Assembly (NCBI GenBank): GCA_964643325.1
Contig: CAZXSE010000001.1
Span: forward strand, 84,780-148,779
Reading direction: 5' to 3'
DNA length: 64,000 nucleotides
Source: an uncultured Planctomycetales bacterium
Lineage (GTDB): Bacteria; Omnitrophota; Gorgyraeia; Zapsychrales; Fredricksoniimonadaceae
Positions 1 to 12,000 of the stretch are shown piece after piece; within the stretch, counting starts at the first letter, position 1, and each line of letters begins with the position of its first letter. A program made the position numbers and the translations under genes. The notes beneath the pieces were generated by a model, which did not search any database, was not told the origin of the DNA, and saw only the letters and a list, made by a program, of their open reading frames with translations.

Positions 1-47
1 ATCTTGGATGCTTCAGGATGATCGGAAATGCCGACAATGCCGCACAT
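1..47 (-). CDS. First 15 codons of a class-II (N-terminal Cys) glutamine amidotransferase, probably amidophosphoribosyltransferase (PurF-like). The gene runs off the window.
   Basis: The reverse strand reads AAGGAAGCTT-ATG TGC GGC ATT GTC GGC ATT TCC GAT CAT CCT GAA GCA = MCGIVGISDHPEA. The MCGIxG start with Cys2 is the Ntn-amidotransferase signature, and HPEA after it resembles PurF. An SD-like AAGGA lies upstream, and the start is 15 nt after the carB stop. Confidence 0.5.
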   Translation of the reverse strand, partial: MCGIVGISDHPEASK

Positions 48-62
48 AAGCTTCCTTTGTGG

Positions 63-3000
63 CTACGCCTGCCCCTTGCTGCGCGCGTAGTACTCCTGTA
101 ACGACTCGACGGTAAATCCTTCTTTCAAGCCGGCCTCGATGCCGTGCACCGCCGCCCAGGCGCCCTGCAGGGTGGTAATGCAGGGAATGGCGTGGCGGAT
201 CGACGCGGCGCGGATGCGGCGCATGTCCGACTGGCTTTTCTTGCCGGAAGGCGTATTGATGATCAGCTGGATCGCGCCCTTCTCCAGAAGGGTGATGATA
301 TTATGCTCGCCTTCCCCGGTCTTATCCACGATCACCGTGGTAACACCACTGGAACGCAAGACCTTGGATGTGCCTTTCGTGGCAAAGACCCGGAATCCCA
401 GGTCCTGCAGGCGCTTGGCCATGAACGCGATGTGGCGCTTGTCATTCTCGTTAACGCTGATGAAGACCGAGCCCTTTTTCGGCAATGCCTGGTTCGCGGC
501 CACCTGGCTTTTCGCGAACGCCGCGCCGAAGGTCGCGGCCATGCCCATGACCTCACCCGTTGATTTCATCTCAGGGCCAAGGATGATATCCACGCCCGAG
601 AACCGGGAGAACGGCAGGACGCATTCTTTCACCGCCACCTGCTGCAGGCGGTCGATATCCGGAAGCCCCGGGAAATCCGTCAGCTTCTCACCCGCCATGA
701 TGCGCGCGGCCATCTTGGCCAGCGGCACGCCGATGGCCTTGGACACGAACGGCACCGTACGCGAAGCGCGCGGATTGACCTCGAGCACAAAAACCTTGTC
801 CCCCTTGATCGCGAACTGGATATTCAACAGCCCGATCACGTTCAGCGCCAGCGCAATGCGCCGGGTGCTGTCCTTGATCTCGGCCATGAGCCCCTCGCTC
901 ATCGTGTGCGGCGGCAGGACGCACGCGGAATCACCCGAATGAATGCCCGCGTTCTCGATATGCTCCATGATGCCGGCCACGTAAACCTCTTTCCCGTCGC
1001 AGACGGCGTCCACGTCGACCTCCATGGCATCTTCAATAAACTTATCGATCAGGATCGGATGCCCGCGCGAAACATCCGCGACCTCGTCAATAAAGGTCAG
1101 GATGGTCTCTTCGTCATAAACAATGCGCATGGCGCGCCCGCCCAGGACATAGGACGGGCGTACCAGGACCGGATACCCCACGCGCGACGCCGCGATGATC
1201 GCGTCGTCCACGGAGATGGCGGAAGCGTTCGCCGGCTGGGCGATCTTGAGCCGGTCCAGCAGGGCCGCGAACTTCTCGCGGTTCTCGGCCATATCAATGG
1301 AATCCACGCTGGTGCCGATGATGGGGACGCCGGCCTGCTGCAGGCGCCGCGCCAGATTGAGCGGCGTCTGCCCGCCGAACTGCACGATAACGCCATCCGG
1401 CTTCTCGACATCGATGATGTTCATCACATCCTCGAACGTGAGCGGCTCGAAATACAACCGGTCGGAGGTGTCATAATCCGTCGATACGGTCTCGGGGTTG
1501 GAGTTGACCATGATGGTCTCAAAACCGCGCTCCTTAAGGGCGAAAGACGCGTGGCAGCAGCAGTAATCAAATTCAATGCCCTGCCCGATGCGGTTCGGCC
1601 CGCCGCCAAGGACCATGATCTTGCGCCGCGCCCCTTTGGCCGCCCGGGAAAGTTCCTCGTTCTTGATGACGGCTTCATCCTCCGTCTCGTATGTCGAATA
1701 AAAATACGGCGTGTATGCCTCGAACTCGGCCGCGCATGTATCCACAGCCTTGAACGTGGCCACAATGCCCAGGTCCTTGCGCATCTGGCGGATCGACGCT
1801 TCCGGCAGCGCCATGACCTCGGCAAGCTGCGCGTCGGAAAAACCCCATTCCTTGGCCTTGCGCAATGTCGCAGGCGCCAGCGCCTTGGTATCCTCGAATT
1901 CCGCAATGATCTTACGCTCAAGATCAACGATCTCGGCGATCTGCGCGACGAACCACACGTCAACACGCGTGAGCTCGGCGATCCGCGCGACACTCATGCC
2001 CTTTTGCAGCGCATATTTCATGTAAAAGATCCGCGATGCGTTGGGCTCCTGCAGGCGATGCATCATCTTGTCATCATCAACAAAACGGTAATCGCTCTTG
2101 TTGTCGAGGCCGATGTGATGGATCTCGAGCCCCCGCAGGCCTTTTTGCAGGGACTCCTTGAAGGTGCGCCCGATGGCCATGGTCTCGCCCACGGACTTCA
2201 TCTGGACGCCCAGCACATCCTTCGCCTCCGGGAATTTCTCGAACGTGAACCGCGGGATCTTGGTCACGCAGTAATCAATGGTCGGCTCGAACGATGCGGG
2301 CGTTTCGCGCGTGATATCGTTGCGGATCTCGTCCAGCGTATATCCAACGGCGAGCTTGGCCGCGAACTTCGCGATCGGGAACCCCGTGGCCTTGGAAGCC
2401 AGGGCCGATGAGCGCGATACGCGCGGGTTCATCTCGATAACGACCATGCGCCCGGTCCTGGGATGCACCGCGAACTGGATGTTGGACCCGCCGGTCTCCA
2501 CGCCGATCGCGCGGATGAGCGCCAGCGCCTGGTCGCGCATCCTCTGATATTCACGGTCCGTCAATGTCTGGGCGGGCGCCACGGTGATAGAGTCGCCGGT
2601 ATGAACACCCATGGCGTCAAGGTTCTCGATGGAGCAGACAATAACAACATTGTCTTTCTTGTCGCGCATCAGCTCCAGTTCATATTCTTTCCAGCCCTCG
2701 ATCGATTCCTCGATGAGGATCTCGCTGATCATGCTGCTCTCGATGCCGAGCTTCGCCCTGGCCTCGAATTCTTCAGGAGTATTGACAATGGACCCGCCCG
2801 TACCGCCAAGCGTAAAACTCGAACGGATGATGCACGGGAAGCCAATGTCCTTCGCAACCCTGGCGGCCTCATCCAGCGTACGGGCGAACGCGCTCCGGGG
2901 AAGATCGAGCCCGATGCGCTGGCAAACTTCCTTGAACTGCTTGCGATCCTCCGCCTTCTTGATCACTTCATAATCAGCGCCGAGCATTACGACATTATAT

Positions 3001-3312
3001 TTGGCAAGGACGCCCTGCTCCCAAAGTTCGACCGCCAGGTTCAAGCCCGTCTGCCCGCCCAGCGTCGGCAGGATGGCGTCGGGCCGCTCCTTCGCGATGA
3101 TCTTCTCGAGGAACTCGGCGCTCAACGGTTCGATATAGGTCTTATCCGCGGTCTCGGGATCGGTCATGATCGTGGCCGGATTGGAATTGACCAGGACGAC
3201 CTCGAAACCCTCCTCGCGCAGGGCCTTGCAGGCCTGCGTCCCGGAATAATCGAACTCGCACGCCTGTCCGATCACGATCGGGCCCGAGCCGATGAGCAGG
3301 ATCTTCTTGATA

Positions 3313-3329
<17 letters not shown>
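63..3329 (-). CDS. carB: Carbamoyl-phosphate synthase large subunit
   Basis: 1088-aa ORF with a duplicated ATP-grasp architecture ([18 protein letters not shown] and [18 protein letters not shown]) and an MGS-like C-terminus. It overlaps the carA stop by 17 nt. Confidence 0.97.
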
Positions 3330-4410
<1,081 letters not shown>

Positions 4411-4466
4411 GAGAAAGTATACTTATCTGTGTAAGAAGAGATTACGGGCAGCTTTTGATCCTAATC

Positions 4467-4494
4467 AATATAGCACCACCCGGCCTTTTGTCAA
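4467..4494 (-). promoter_or_regulatory. Sigma70-like promoter for carAB
   Basis: The minus strand reads TTGACA (4494..4489), a 16-nt spacer, then TATATT (4472..4467), about 57 nt upstream of the carA ATG. Confidence 0.45.
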
Positions 4495-4527
4495 CAACGC
4501 ATTACGCCATTTCTCCGTCGCAAAACA

Positions 4528-5604
4528 TCACTTTCCAAGGACCCTGCGGCGGTTGCTTTCATACTCCTGTTTTCCCAGTACCTGGCGCGCCAACGCATCC
4601 TTATCGGTGCCGTTGTCAAAATCATATTCAACGATGGCCGCGTAACTGAGAATGTTCATGAACGGCGCCGCCAGGAACCCCTCCATCTCCGCGGCCAACG
4701 CGTCGATCAGCCCGGCATAATGCCCCGGCGCCTTCCTGATCTTGATGTCAAGCTTCCCGAACCTGTCGATGTATTCGGCGACCGTCAGGACCTTGATCTC
4801 CCGGTCAATGATCTGGTCCCAGGCCTCGGCGGAAACATCCAGCGCATCCCAAAGCTGACGGAGCCCGACGACCGTGTCATCTCCGGATGGGGGGCCCTCT
4901 GCCGGGTCCTGGCCTGCCATCAACGCTGCAGCCTGACGGCCTGCCGCTGCACGGGCCGCCGTCTCCGCCGCCACTTTTTGCGTGGCCGCAGCGCGGGCCT
5001 GCCTGGCCTGTGCCCGCTGAAGAGCGGCATTCTGTAAAAGTTTCTGACCTGTTGCCGCCTGCTGCATGGCGATCCCCTGGCGCGCCAATGCCGCCTTGCG
5101 CGCCGCCAGATAAGCCGCATACTCGCGCACCTGATCATTGACCTCGGCCTGGACCTTGCCGGCAACGACCTGCTGCGTGGCGCGGGCCTGCTGGTACGCA
5201 ACGACCTGCGCAACCTGTTTTTTCGCGGCCGCGACCTGATACGCCTGGACCTGTTGGGCCTGATGCTGGGCGATCTGGCCTTTGATCTGGTTCGCGGCAT
5301 TGATCTCGGCGCCGCGCCGGGCAACAGCCTGCTGCATGGTCTGTTTGTACGCCGCGTATTCCATGGCCGCCTTCTGATACGCCGCCTGCTGCTGGACCAC
5401 CGCCTGGCGCTGGGCCATGGCCTGCCGGTACGCAGCGACCTCCTGCGCCTGGCGCTGGGCGATCGCCTGCTGATAAGCCTGCTGTTGCATCTGCTGTTGC
5501 ATCTGCTGGCGGCGCTGCACCGCGGCTGCGGCAAAGACATCCGCCGACCACAACAAAACAACACAGCCCGCAACGCATGCCGGCAACAACCTCTGATACA
5601 TCAT
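4528..5604 (-). CDS. Secreted or lipid-anchored Ala/Gln-rich coiled-coil-like protein with an unassigned ~120-aa C-terminal globular domain
   Basis: I place the start at the internal ATG ATG (MMYQRLLPACVAGCVVLLWSADVFA), which overlaps the lnt stop as ATGA. A hydrophobic signal-like N-terminus contains a lipobox-like VAGC. About 230 aa of A/Q/R/K low-complexity follow, then DDTVVGLRQLWDAL...EYDFDNGTDKD. I recognise no family. Confidence 0.6.
   Translation of the reverse strand: MMYQRLLPACVAGCVVLLWSADVFAAAAVQRRQQMQQQMQQQAYQQAIAQRQAQEVAAYRQAMAQRQAVVQQQAAYQKAAMEYAAYKQTMQQAVARRGAEINAANQIKGQIAQHQAQQVQAYQVAAAKKQVAQVVAYQQARATQQVVAGKVQAEVNDQVREYAAYLAARKAALARQGIAMQQAATGQKLLQNAALQRAQARQARAAATQKVAAETAARAAAGRQAAALMAGQDPAEGPPSGDDTVVGLRQLWDALDVSAEAWDQIIDREIKVLTVAEYIDRFGKLDIKIRKAPGHYAGLIDALAAEMEGFLAAPFMNILSYAAIVEYDFDNGTDKDALARQVLGKQEYESNRRRVLGK
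5479..5509 (-). repeat. In-frame 12-nt tandem repeat (about 2.6 copies) inside the A/Q-rich gene
   Basis: The plus strand reads ctgctgttgcat ctgctgttgcat ctgctgg, which encodes QQMQQQMQQQ. Confidence 0.8.
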
Positions 5605-7106
5605 GCCGCGCCCTCCCGGCGTACCTGTTGATGATGAACGATCATGATCATGATTATAACAAACACGAGGCACGCGCAGGCAAAAACATCCCCCCATCGC
5701 GCGTAGAACGTCTGGTGCGCACCCGAGGGTATATCATAGACCGCCATGCCGGGCTGACCAACATCCAGGGGCCGGCCGATCATCCTGCCAAAAGCATCAA
5801 CGGCCATGGTCCTTCCCGTATTCGCCGCGCGGATCACAGGCACTCCTGTCTCAACAGCGCGCAAGGGCGCGGCAAGGGCGTGCAAAAAGAGCGCCTCACG
5901 ACGCGCGAACCATCCGTCGTTAAGCATGGTCACCACGAACTCCGGCCCGCCGGCCGCTGTCCGGCGCAGCAAGAGCGGATAAAATTCTTCAGAGCAGATC
6001 ACGGCCCCGAAACGCGCGCCGCCGGCCAGGACCATGGCCCCGGGCTGTGTTCCGGCCGTGAAATGATATTTCCCGATCTTCAACCCGCGCGCAAGGGCCG
6101 CGGCCAAAACGGGCGTGAACTCGGCGAACGGCACCAGGCGCTGTTTATGATAGACGGACCGCCATTCTCCCTCGGGCGATAAAAGAAGAGCGCTGTTAAG
6201 GTCCCGGCCTTCCTGCAAGAGCGCGGACCCGATCAGGATGTTCGTGCGAAAATTCCTGGCCGCGGTCTCAAGGCGCGGCCGCCACTTCATGTCGGTCAGC
6301 ACATCATCAACGAACGCGGTCTCGGGCCAGGCCACAAGGTCGCCCGGGCCGGGCCTGCCGGCCACCACAACTTTCTTCATCAATGCCAGATGCCGCGCCG
6401 CGTTGACATCATAAAGATCCGCGCGCACTTTTTCATCACGCAATATGTTCGGCTGGATCACGGCCACACGCGTGTTCCGGCCCGCCTCGTGCGATGGAAC
6501 AAGCCGCGCCTCGCCGGCCAGCCAGCACGCCAGAAAGGCCGCCACTCCCCATAACAGGAACCTCACCCGACGGAGACGGGACCGCCATGCCAGATAAAAA
6601 GCGGTATTCACAAGAACGATCGCCCATCCCACGGCATGCACCCCGCCGAACGCCGCAGGCTGGATCAATGCCGGCGTCATGCCCGGCGCATAACCCAGGC
6701 TCCAGGTGAAACCTTCCAGCGCCAGCGAACGCGCCCACTCGGAAACGACCCACGCGGACGGGACCAGAAAAAGCCTCGTGGTCGCCGGAACGACGGACGA
6801 CGGGAACAAGGCGCCGAACAAGGCGCCCTGCCAGGCAAGCGCCAGCACAAAGAGCGCCCACCCGCCGGGCGTGACCGGCCAAAGCCAGGACACCAGCGCG
6901 CCATACGATAAAAGCCCCCATGCCAGGCCAATGAACGCCCGCGCGCCAAAACTCCCCGCCTCCAGGACGCAGAACAGCGGCACCAGGCATCCCCATGCCA
7001 GCAGCGGCGCGCCCCCAAGAAAAAATATGTTCGGAAAAGAAAAATAAAAAAGGACCGATGCGCACGCGATACCGGCCACATCGGTCCTTAGTGACTTCAA
7101 TGTCAT
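5601..7106 (-). CDS. lnt: Apolipoprotein N-acyltransferase
   Basis: 501 aa. A multi-TM N-terminal half is followed by a CN-hydrolase domain (VAVIQPNI, WPETAF, and the catalytic Cys in GAVICSEEFYP). Confidence 0.85.
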   Translation of the reverse strand: MTLKSLRTDVAGIACASVLFYFSFPNIFFLGGAPLLAWGCLVPLFCVLEAGSFGARAFIGLAWGLLSYGALVSWLWPVTPGGWALFVLALAWQGALFGALFPSSVVPATTRLFLVPSAWVVSEWARSLALEGFTWSLGYAPGMTPALIQPAAFGGVHAVGWAIVLVNTAFYLAWRSRLRRVRFLLWGVAAFLACWLAGEARLVPSHEAGRNTRVAVIQPNILRDEKVRADLYDVNAARHLALMKKVVVAGRPGPGDLVAWPETAFVDDVLTDMKWRPRLETAARNFRTNILIGSALLQEGRDLNSALLLSPEGEWRSVYHKQRLVPFAEFTPVLAAALARGLKIGKYHFTAGTQPGAMVLAGGARFGAVICSEEFYPLLLRRTAAGGPEFVVTMLNDGWFARREALFLHALAAPLRAVETGVPVIRAANTGRTMAVDAFGRMIGRPLDVGQPGMAVYDIPSGAHQTFYARWGDVFACACLVFVIIMIMIVHHQQVRREGAA

Positions 7107-7117
7107 GGGGTCTGGAT

Positions 7118-7633
7118 CTACTTCTTTTCTTCCACCGGCGTTGTCGCCGCAGCCTCGGAGAGCGTCTTGGCCTGCTGCACAAGGACCCCCAACAGGATCG
7201 TGGCGCGTTTTTCTCCGCCTTCATCCTTCTTCTCGCGATAAAGATCAATACTCTTACGCGCGGAAATGATCGCCGGCATCAACTCTCCGGCACTTTCATA
7301 AGCCATGGCAAAAAGATAGTATGTCACAGGATTATCCGGGAATTTTGCGACCGCCAGGTTCAGGACACCCTTGGCCTGCTCGAATTGCTTGAGCCGGATG
7401 AATGTCTCGGCAAGCATGAAATAAGCTTCCGCGTAGTCCGGGGCTGTTTTGATCGCCGTCGCAAAGTTCTGCACGGCATTGACCACTTCCCCCTGCTTGA
7501 GCATGACAACGCCCTGCATCAGAAGCTGGCGCGCCTGTTCATTGGCTGCTGTTGCCGAAGGCGCCTTCTGCCCGCAGCCGGCCAGCATGCCCGCGGCGAC
7601 CACCATCACCATGATACCCAATGCCCTTCTCAT
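7118..7633 (-). CDS. TPR-repeat lipoprotein
   Basis: Signal peptide with the lipobox MLAGC (MRRALGIMVMVVAAGMLAGCGQ), followed by TPR-like helices (AIKTAPDYAEAYFMLAETF...). Confidence 0.75.
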   Translation of the reverse strand: MRRALGIMVMVVAAGMLAGCGQKAPSATAANEQARQLLMQGVVMLKQGEVVNAVQNFATAIKTAPDYAEAYFMLAETFIRLKQFEQAKGVLNLAVAKFPDNPVTYYLFAMAYESAGELMPAIISARKSIDLYREKKDEGGEKRATILLGVLVQQAKTLSEAAATTPVEEKK

Positions 7634-7644
7634 AACACGACTCC

Positions 7645-9081
7645 TTACTTATCCTTGCTGATCAAATATTGATGAACGCTTTCTGCCGCCGTGCGCCCTT
7701 CATGAATGGCCCACACGACAAGTGACTGCCCGCGCGTCATGTCCCCGGCAGTAAAAACCCCTGATACCGTGGTCATCTTACCGGCATCAGCCTTTACATT
7801 ACCACGCATATCAAATTCAACGCCACATTTTTTCAACAGCCCCTCCTGAACGGGCCCCAAAAAACCCATGGCCAGGAAAACAAGGTCGCACTCCACATCG
7901 AATTGCGAACCAGGGACTTCTTTCATCTGCGGACGCCCGGTCGCCGGATCTTTGGACGACCAGTCCAGCCGCACCGCGTGAAGGCGTTCAAGCTTTCCGC
8001 CTGCGCCGGAAAATCCTTTGGTCGCAATGCTGTAATCGCGCCCGCAACCCTCTTCATGCGAGGTCGCCGTGCGGCACACCAGCGCCCAATGCGGCCAGGG
8101 ATTGTCAGCGGCCCTCTCCAGAGGAGGCTTGGGCAAAAGCTCGAATTGTTTAACGGAAATGGCGCCCTGACGGTTGGCGGTCCCGACGCAATCCGCGCCC
8201 GTATCGCCGCCGCCCAATACAACAACGCGCCGGCCCTTGGCATTGATCTGTGCCGACGCATCGATCTTGACGCCCAACAGTTTCCGGGTCTGCTGCGTCA
8301 GGTATTCCATGGCGAAATAAACCCCTTTGAGCTCCCGCCCCGGAACAGCCAGATCGCGCGGCCGCTCAGCGCCGCCGCACAAGACCAGCGCGTCATACTG
8401 CCCGCGCAGCACCTGCGGATCAATGTCCACGCCGACATTAACGCCCGTCTTGAACACAATGCCCTGCGCCTCCATCAATTTAACGCGGCGCTCGACAATG
8501 CTTTTCTCAAGCTTGTAGTTCGGGATCCCCAGCGTCAAAAGCCCGCCGATAAAAGCATTCTTTTCGTAAACCGTGACCTTGTGGCCCTTCCTGTTCAGTT
8601 CGTCCGCGCAGGCCAGCCCCGACGGGCCGGAACCAACGACCGCGACCTTCTTGCCGGAACGGTGCCTGGGCGCCTCATTCTTGGCCAAGCCATCCGCCCA
8701 CGCGCGCTCCGCGACCGACAGCTCGATGTTCTTGATAGTGACCGCGGGATAATGAATAGATAATGTGCAGGAATTTTCGCACGGCGCCGGGCAGACACGC
8801 CCCGTGAATTCAGGAAAATTATTGGTCCGCGCCAGCCGCGCAGCGGCTTCCGCCCACTGCCCCCGGTAAACCAGGTCGTTCCACGACGGAATGATGTTGC
8901 CCAGCGGACATCCCCACTGACAGAAAGGAATGCCGCAATCCATGCAGCGTCCGCCCTGGCGGCGCAACGCCTCCTCGGCCGGCAGCGTGACAAATTCGTC
9001 CCAGTGCCCCAGGCGCCCGGCCACAGGCTCCTTGGCATAGTCCTCACGCGCGTACTTTAAGAACCCCTTGACCTCACCCAT
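7645..9081 (-). CDS. gltD: Glutamate synthase (NADPH) small subunit
   Basis: I place the start at MGEVKGFLKY, 8 nt overlapping the gltB stop. It has a Cys cluster (CMDCGIPFCQWGCPLGN) and the dinucleotide fold VAVVGSGPSGLACADEL. Confidence 0.9.
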   Translation of the reverse strand: MGEVKGFLKYAREDYAKEPVAGRLGHWDEFVTLPAEEALRRQGGRCMDCGIPFCQWGCPLGNIIPSWNDLVYRGQWAEAAARLARTNNFPEFTGRVCPAPCENSCTLSIHYPAVTIKNIELSVAERAWADGLAKNEAPRHRSGKKVAVVGSGPSGLACADELNRKGHKVTVYEKNAFIGGLLTLGIPNYKLEKSIVERRVKLMEAQGIVFKTGVNVGVDIDPQVLRGQYDALVLCGGAERPRDLAVPGRELKGVYFAMEYLTQQTRKLLGVKIDASAQINAKGRRVVVLGGGDTGADCVGTANRQGAISVKQFELLPKPPLERAADNPWPHWALVCRTATSHEEGCGRDYSIATKGFSGAGGKLERLHAVRLDWSSKDPATGRPQMKEVPGSQFDVECDLVFLAMGFLGPVQEGLLKKCGVEFDMRGNVKADAGKMTTVSGVFTAGDMTRGQSLVVWAIHEGRTAAESVHQYLISKDK

Positions 9082-12000
9082 GGATTCCCGGCTCCGATCG
9101 TTCCCCGCCCCCTGCGGCCCGCCTGGCCCGCTCCACAACGGCGCGGTATTCACGCGGATAAACTTTCACGAATTGCGGCAGGACAGCATCCCAGCGCGCA
9201 AGGATATCAGCCGCCACCGTGCTTTGCGTGTACCTGCCGTGCGCGGCGATCATGCTCTTAAGGGCGGCGGCATCCTCCGGATCGACAACCGATACCAGAT
9301 CGACCATGCCTGTATTGCAGCGCGCGGCGAACGCGCCATCCTTATCCAGGACATACGCGATGCCGCCCGACATGCCTGCGCCGAAATTGCGCCCCGTCGG
9401 GCCAAGGACCACGACGCGGCCGCCCGTCATGTATTCGCAGCCGTGATCACCCGTGCCTTCAACGACCGCGTCCACACCGGAGTTGCGCACCGCAAAGCGC
9501 TCACCCGCGACGCCCCGGAAGAACGCCTCGCCGCAAATGCCGCCGTAAAGCACCACGTTCCCGACAATGATATTCGCCTCGGCCTGAAGCGCAGAGCCCT
9601 TGGGCGGACGGACAATGATCCTGCCGCCGGAAAGGCCCTTGCCGACATAATCATTGCAATCTCCCTCGAGCTCGAACGTCACGCCGCGCGACAGGAACGC
9701 GCCGAAACTCTGGCCCGCGCTGCCGCTGAAAGAGACCGTGACCGTTCCCTCAGGCAAACCTGCCATCCCGTACTTCACGGCGATCGCAGAGCTTAACATC
9801 GTCCCGACGGTGCGGTTGACATTGCTGATGTTCATGGCAAACGCCACGGGCTTTTTTTGTTCAAGGGCATCCTTGCAGCGGGACAGGATCTCATTATCAA
9901 GCGCCTTCTCAAGCCCATGTTCCTGCCGCGCGCAGTGGCGCACGGAAATGTGTTTGGGCACATCCGGCTTATGCAGGATATTGGTAAGATCGACCCCTTT
10001 GAGTTTCCAGTGCGCCAGCGCATCCTTCGCCTCGATCATGTCCACGCGGCCGATCAGCTCGTCAAAAGTCCTGAAACCCAGCTCGGCCATGATCGCACGG
10101 ACATCCTCGGCGATGAACATGAAGAAATTGACAATATGCTCCGGCTTGCCGCGGAAGTTCTTCCTCAGTTCCGGATCTTGCGTCGCAATGCCCACGGAGC
10201 AGGCATCCAAATGGCACTTGCGCAGCATGACGCACCCAAGGCACACGAGCGCGATCGTCGCGAACCCGAATTCATCCGCGCCAAGCATGCCGCACAGGAC
10301 AACATCCCTGCCGGTCTTGAGCGTTCCGTCGGTCTGCACACGGATGCGGCCGCGCAGGTCGTTGATGACCAACACCTGCTGCACCTCGGCGATCCCGAGC
10401 TCCATGGGAAGCCCGGCATGCTTAATGGATGTCTGGGGGGATGCGCCCGTGCCGCCCTCATAACCCGAGACCAAGAGATGGTCGGCCTTGCCCTTGGCCA
10501 CGCCCGCGGCAATGGTCCCGACGCCGATCTCGGCAACAAGCTTAACGCTCACATCAGCCCGCGGATTGGCGTTCTTTAAGTCATGGATCAACTGCGCCAG
10601 GTCCTCAATGGAATAAATATCATGATGCGGCGGCGGCGAGATCAGTTGGATGCCGGGCAATGTCCCGCGGGTCGCGGCGATCTCGCGGGTCACCTTATGC
10701 CCCGGAAGCTGCCCGCCCTCGCCGGGCTTGGCGCCCTGGGCCATCTTGATCTGGAGCTGGTCAGCATTGACCAGGTATTCAATATTGACGCCGAAGCGCC
10801 CCTGCGCCACCTGCTTGATACGGCTACGGCGGGTGTCGCCGCCGGGCATGGGCTTGAACCGCTCGGGGTCCTCACCGCCTTCACCCGTATTAGAGAACCC
10901 GCCGAGGCGGTTCATGGCAATGGCAAGCGTCTCATGCGCTTCTTTGGAGATCGACCCATAACTCATCGCGCCCGTCGCGAAACGCCGGGCGATCGCGGCG
11001 GCCGGCTCGACCTCGGAGATCGGGACCGGGCTGCCTTTTTTGAATTTCATGAGCGAACGGATATTCGCGCAAGCCTTGTCATTCTCGTTGACCAGGCGCG
11101 CGTATTTCTCGTAAAGGGCCCTGTCATTGGTCCGTACCGCCTGCTGCAGAGCAGCCACCACATCAGGATTGATCTGGCGGAACTCGCCATCCTTGCGCCA
11201 ATGGTACCAGCCGCCTTCCTCGAGAAGATCGTGCCCGTGCGGCACGTCCGGATACGCCTGCGCGTGACGGCACAGGGCTTCCGCGGCCACCTCGGTGATG
11301 CCGATGCCCCCGATCCTCGACGGAGTTGCCGTGAAATACGACGCCACAAACTCTTCCCCGAGGCCGACCGCCTCAAAGATCTGCGCGCCGCAGTAGGACT
11401 GTATCGTGGCAATGCCCATCTTGGAAATGATCTTGAACAGGCCCTTGCGGATGGACTTGATGTAGTTCTTCTGCGCATGGTCCGCGTCAAGGCCCTGGGC
11501 ATAATGCCCCTTGCGGACCTCATTCTCGACGGTATCAAGAGCCAGATAAGGATTAATGGCATTGGCGCCGTAACCGATCAAGAGCGCGAAATGATGCATC
11601 TCGCGCGCCTCGCCCGTCTCGAGAACGATCGACATCTTCGTGCGTGTGCCCTGACGGATCAGATGATGGTGCAGCCCCGCGCATGCCAGAAGGGCGGGCA
11701 CGGGAACATCCTTCTCGCTGGAAGCCCGGTCGGAAAGGACGAGGATGTTATACCCCTGCGCCATTGCATTATCAGCGCTGACGCACAACGCTTCCATGGC
11801 TTTTGCCAGGCCGTCGTTGCCGTCCGCTTTCTTGAACAGGATCGGCAGGGTCACGGCTTTCAGGCCCCGGCGGTCGACCTGCGCGATCGCGGCAAGCTCC
11901 TGGTTGGAAAGGATGGGCCGCGGCAACCTCAGGCGGCGGGCGTGTTCCGGCGTTTCCGCCAGCAGGTTCCCCTCGGCGCCAAGATAAACATTCTCGGCCA

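Noticed and set aside
5479-5509. The 12-nt tandem repeat as a phase-variation (slipped-strand) switch.
   Set aside because: The unit length is a multiple of three, so copy-number change only alters the Q/M tract length. There is no frameshift potential.
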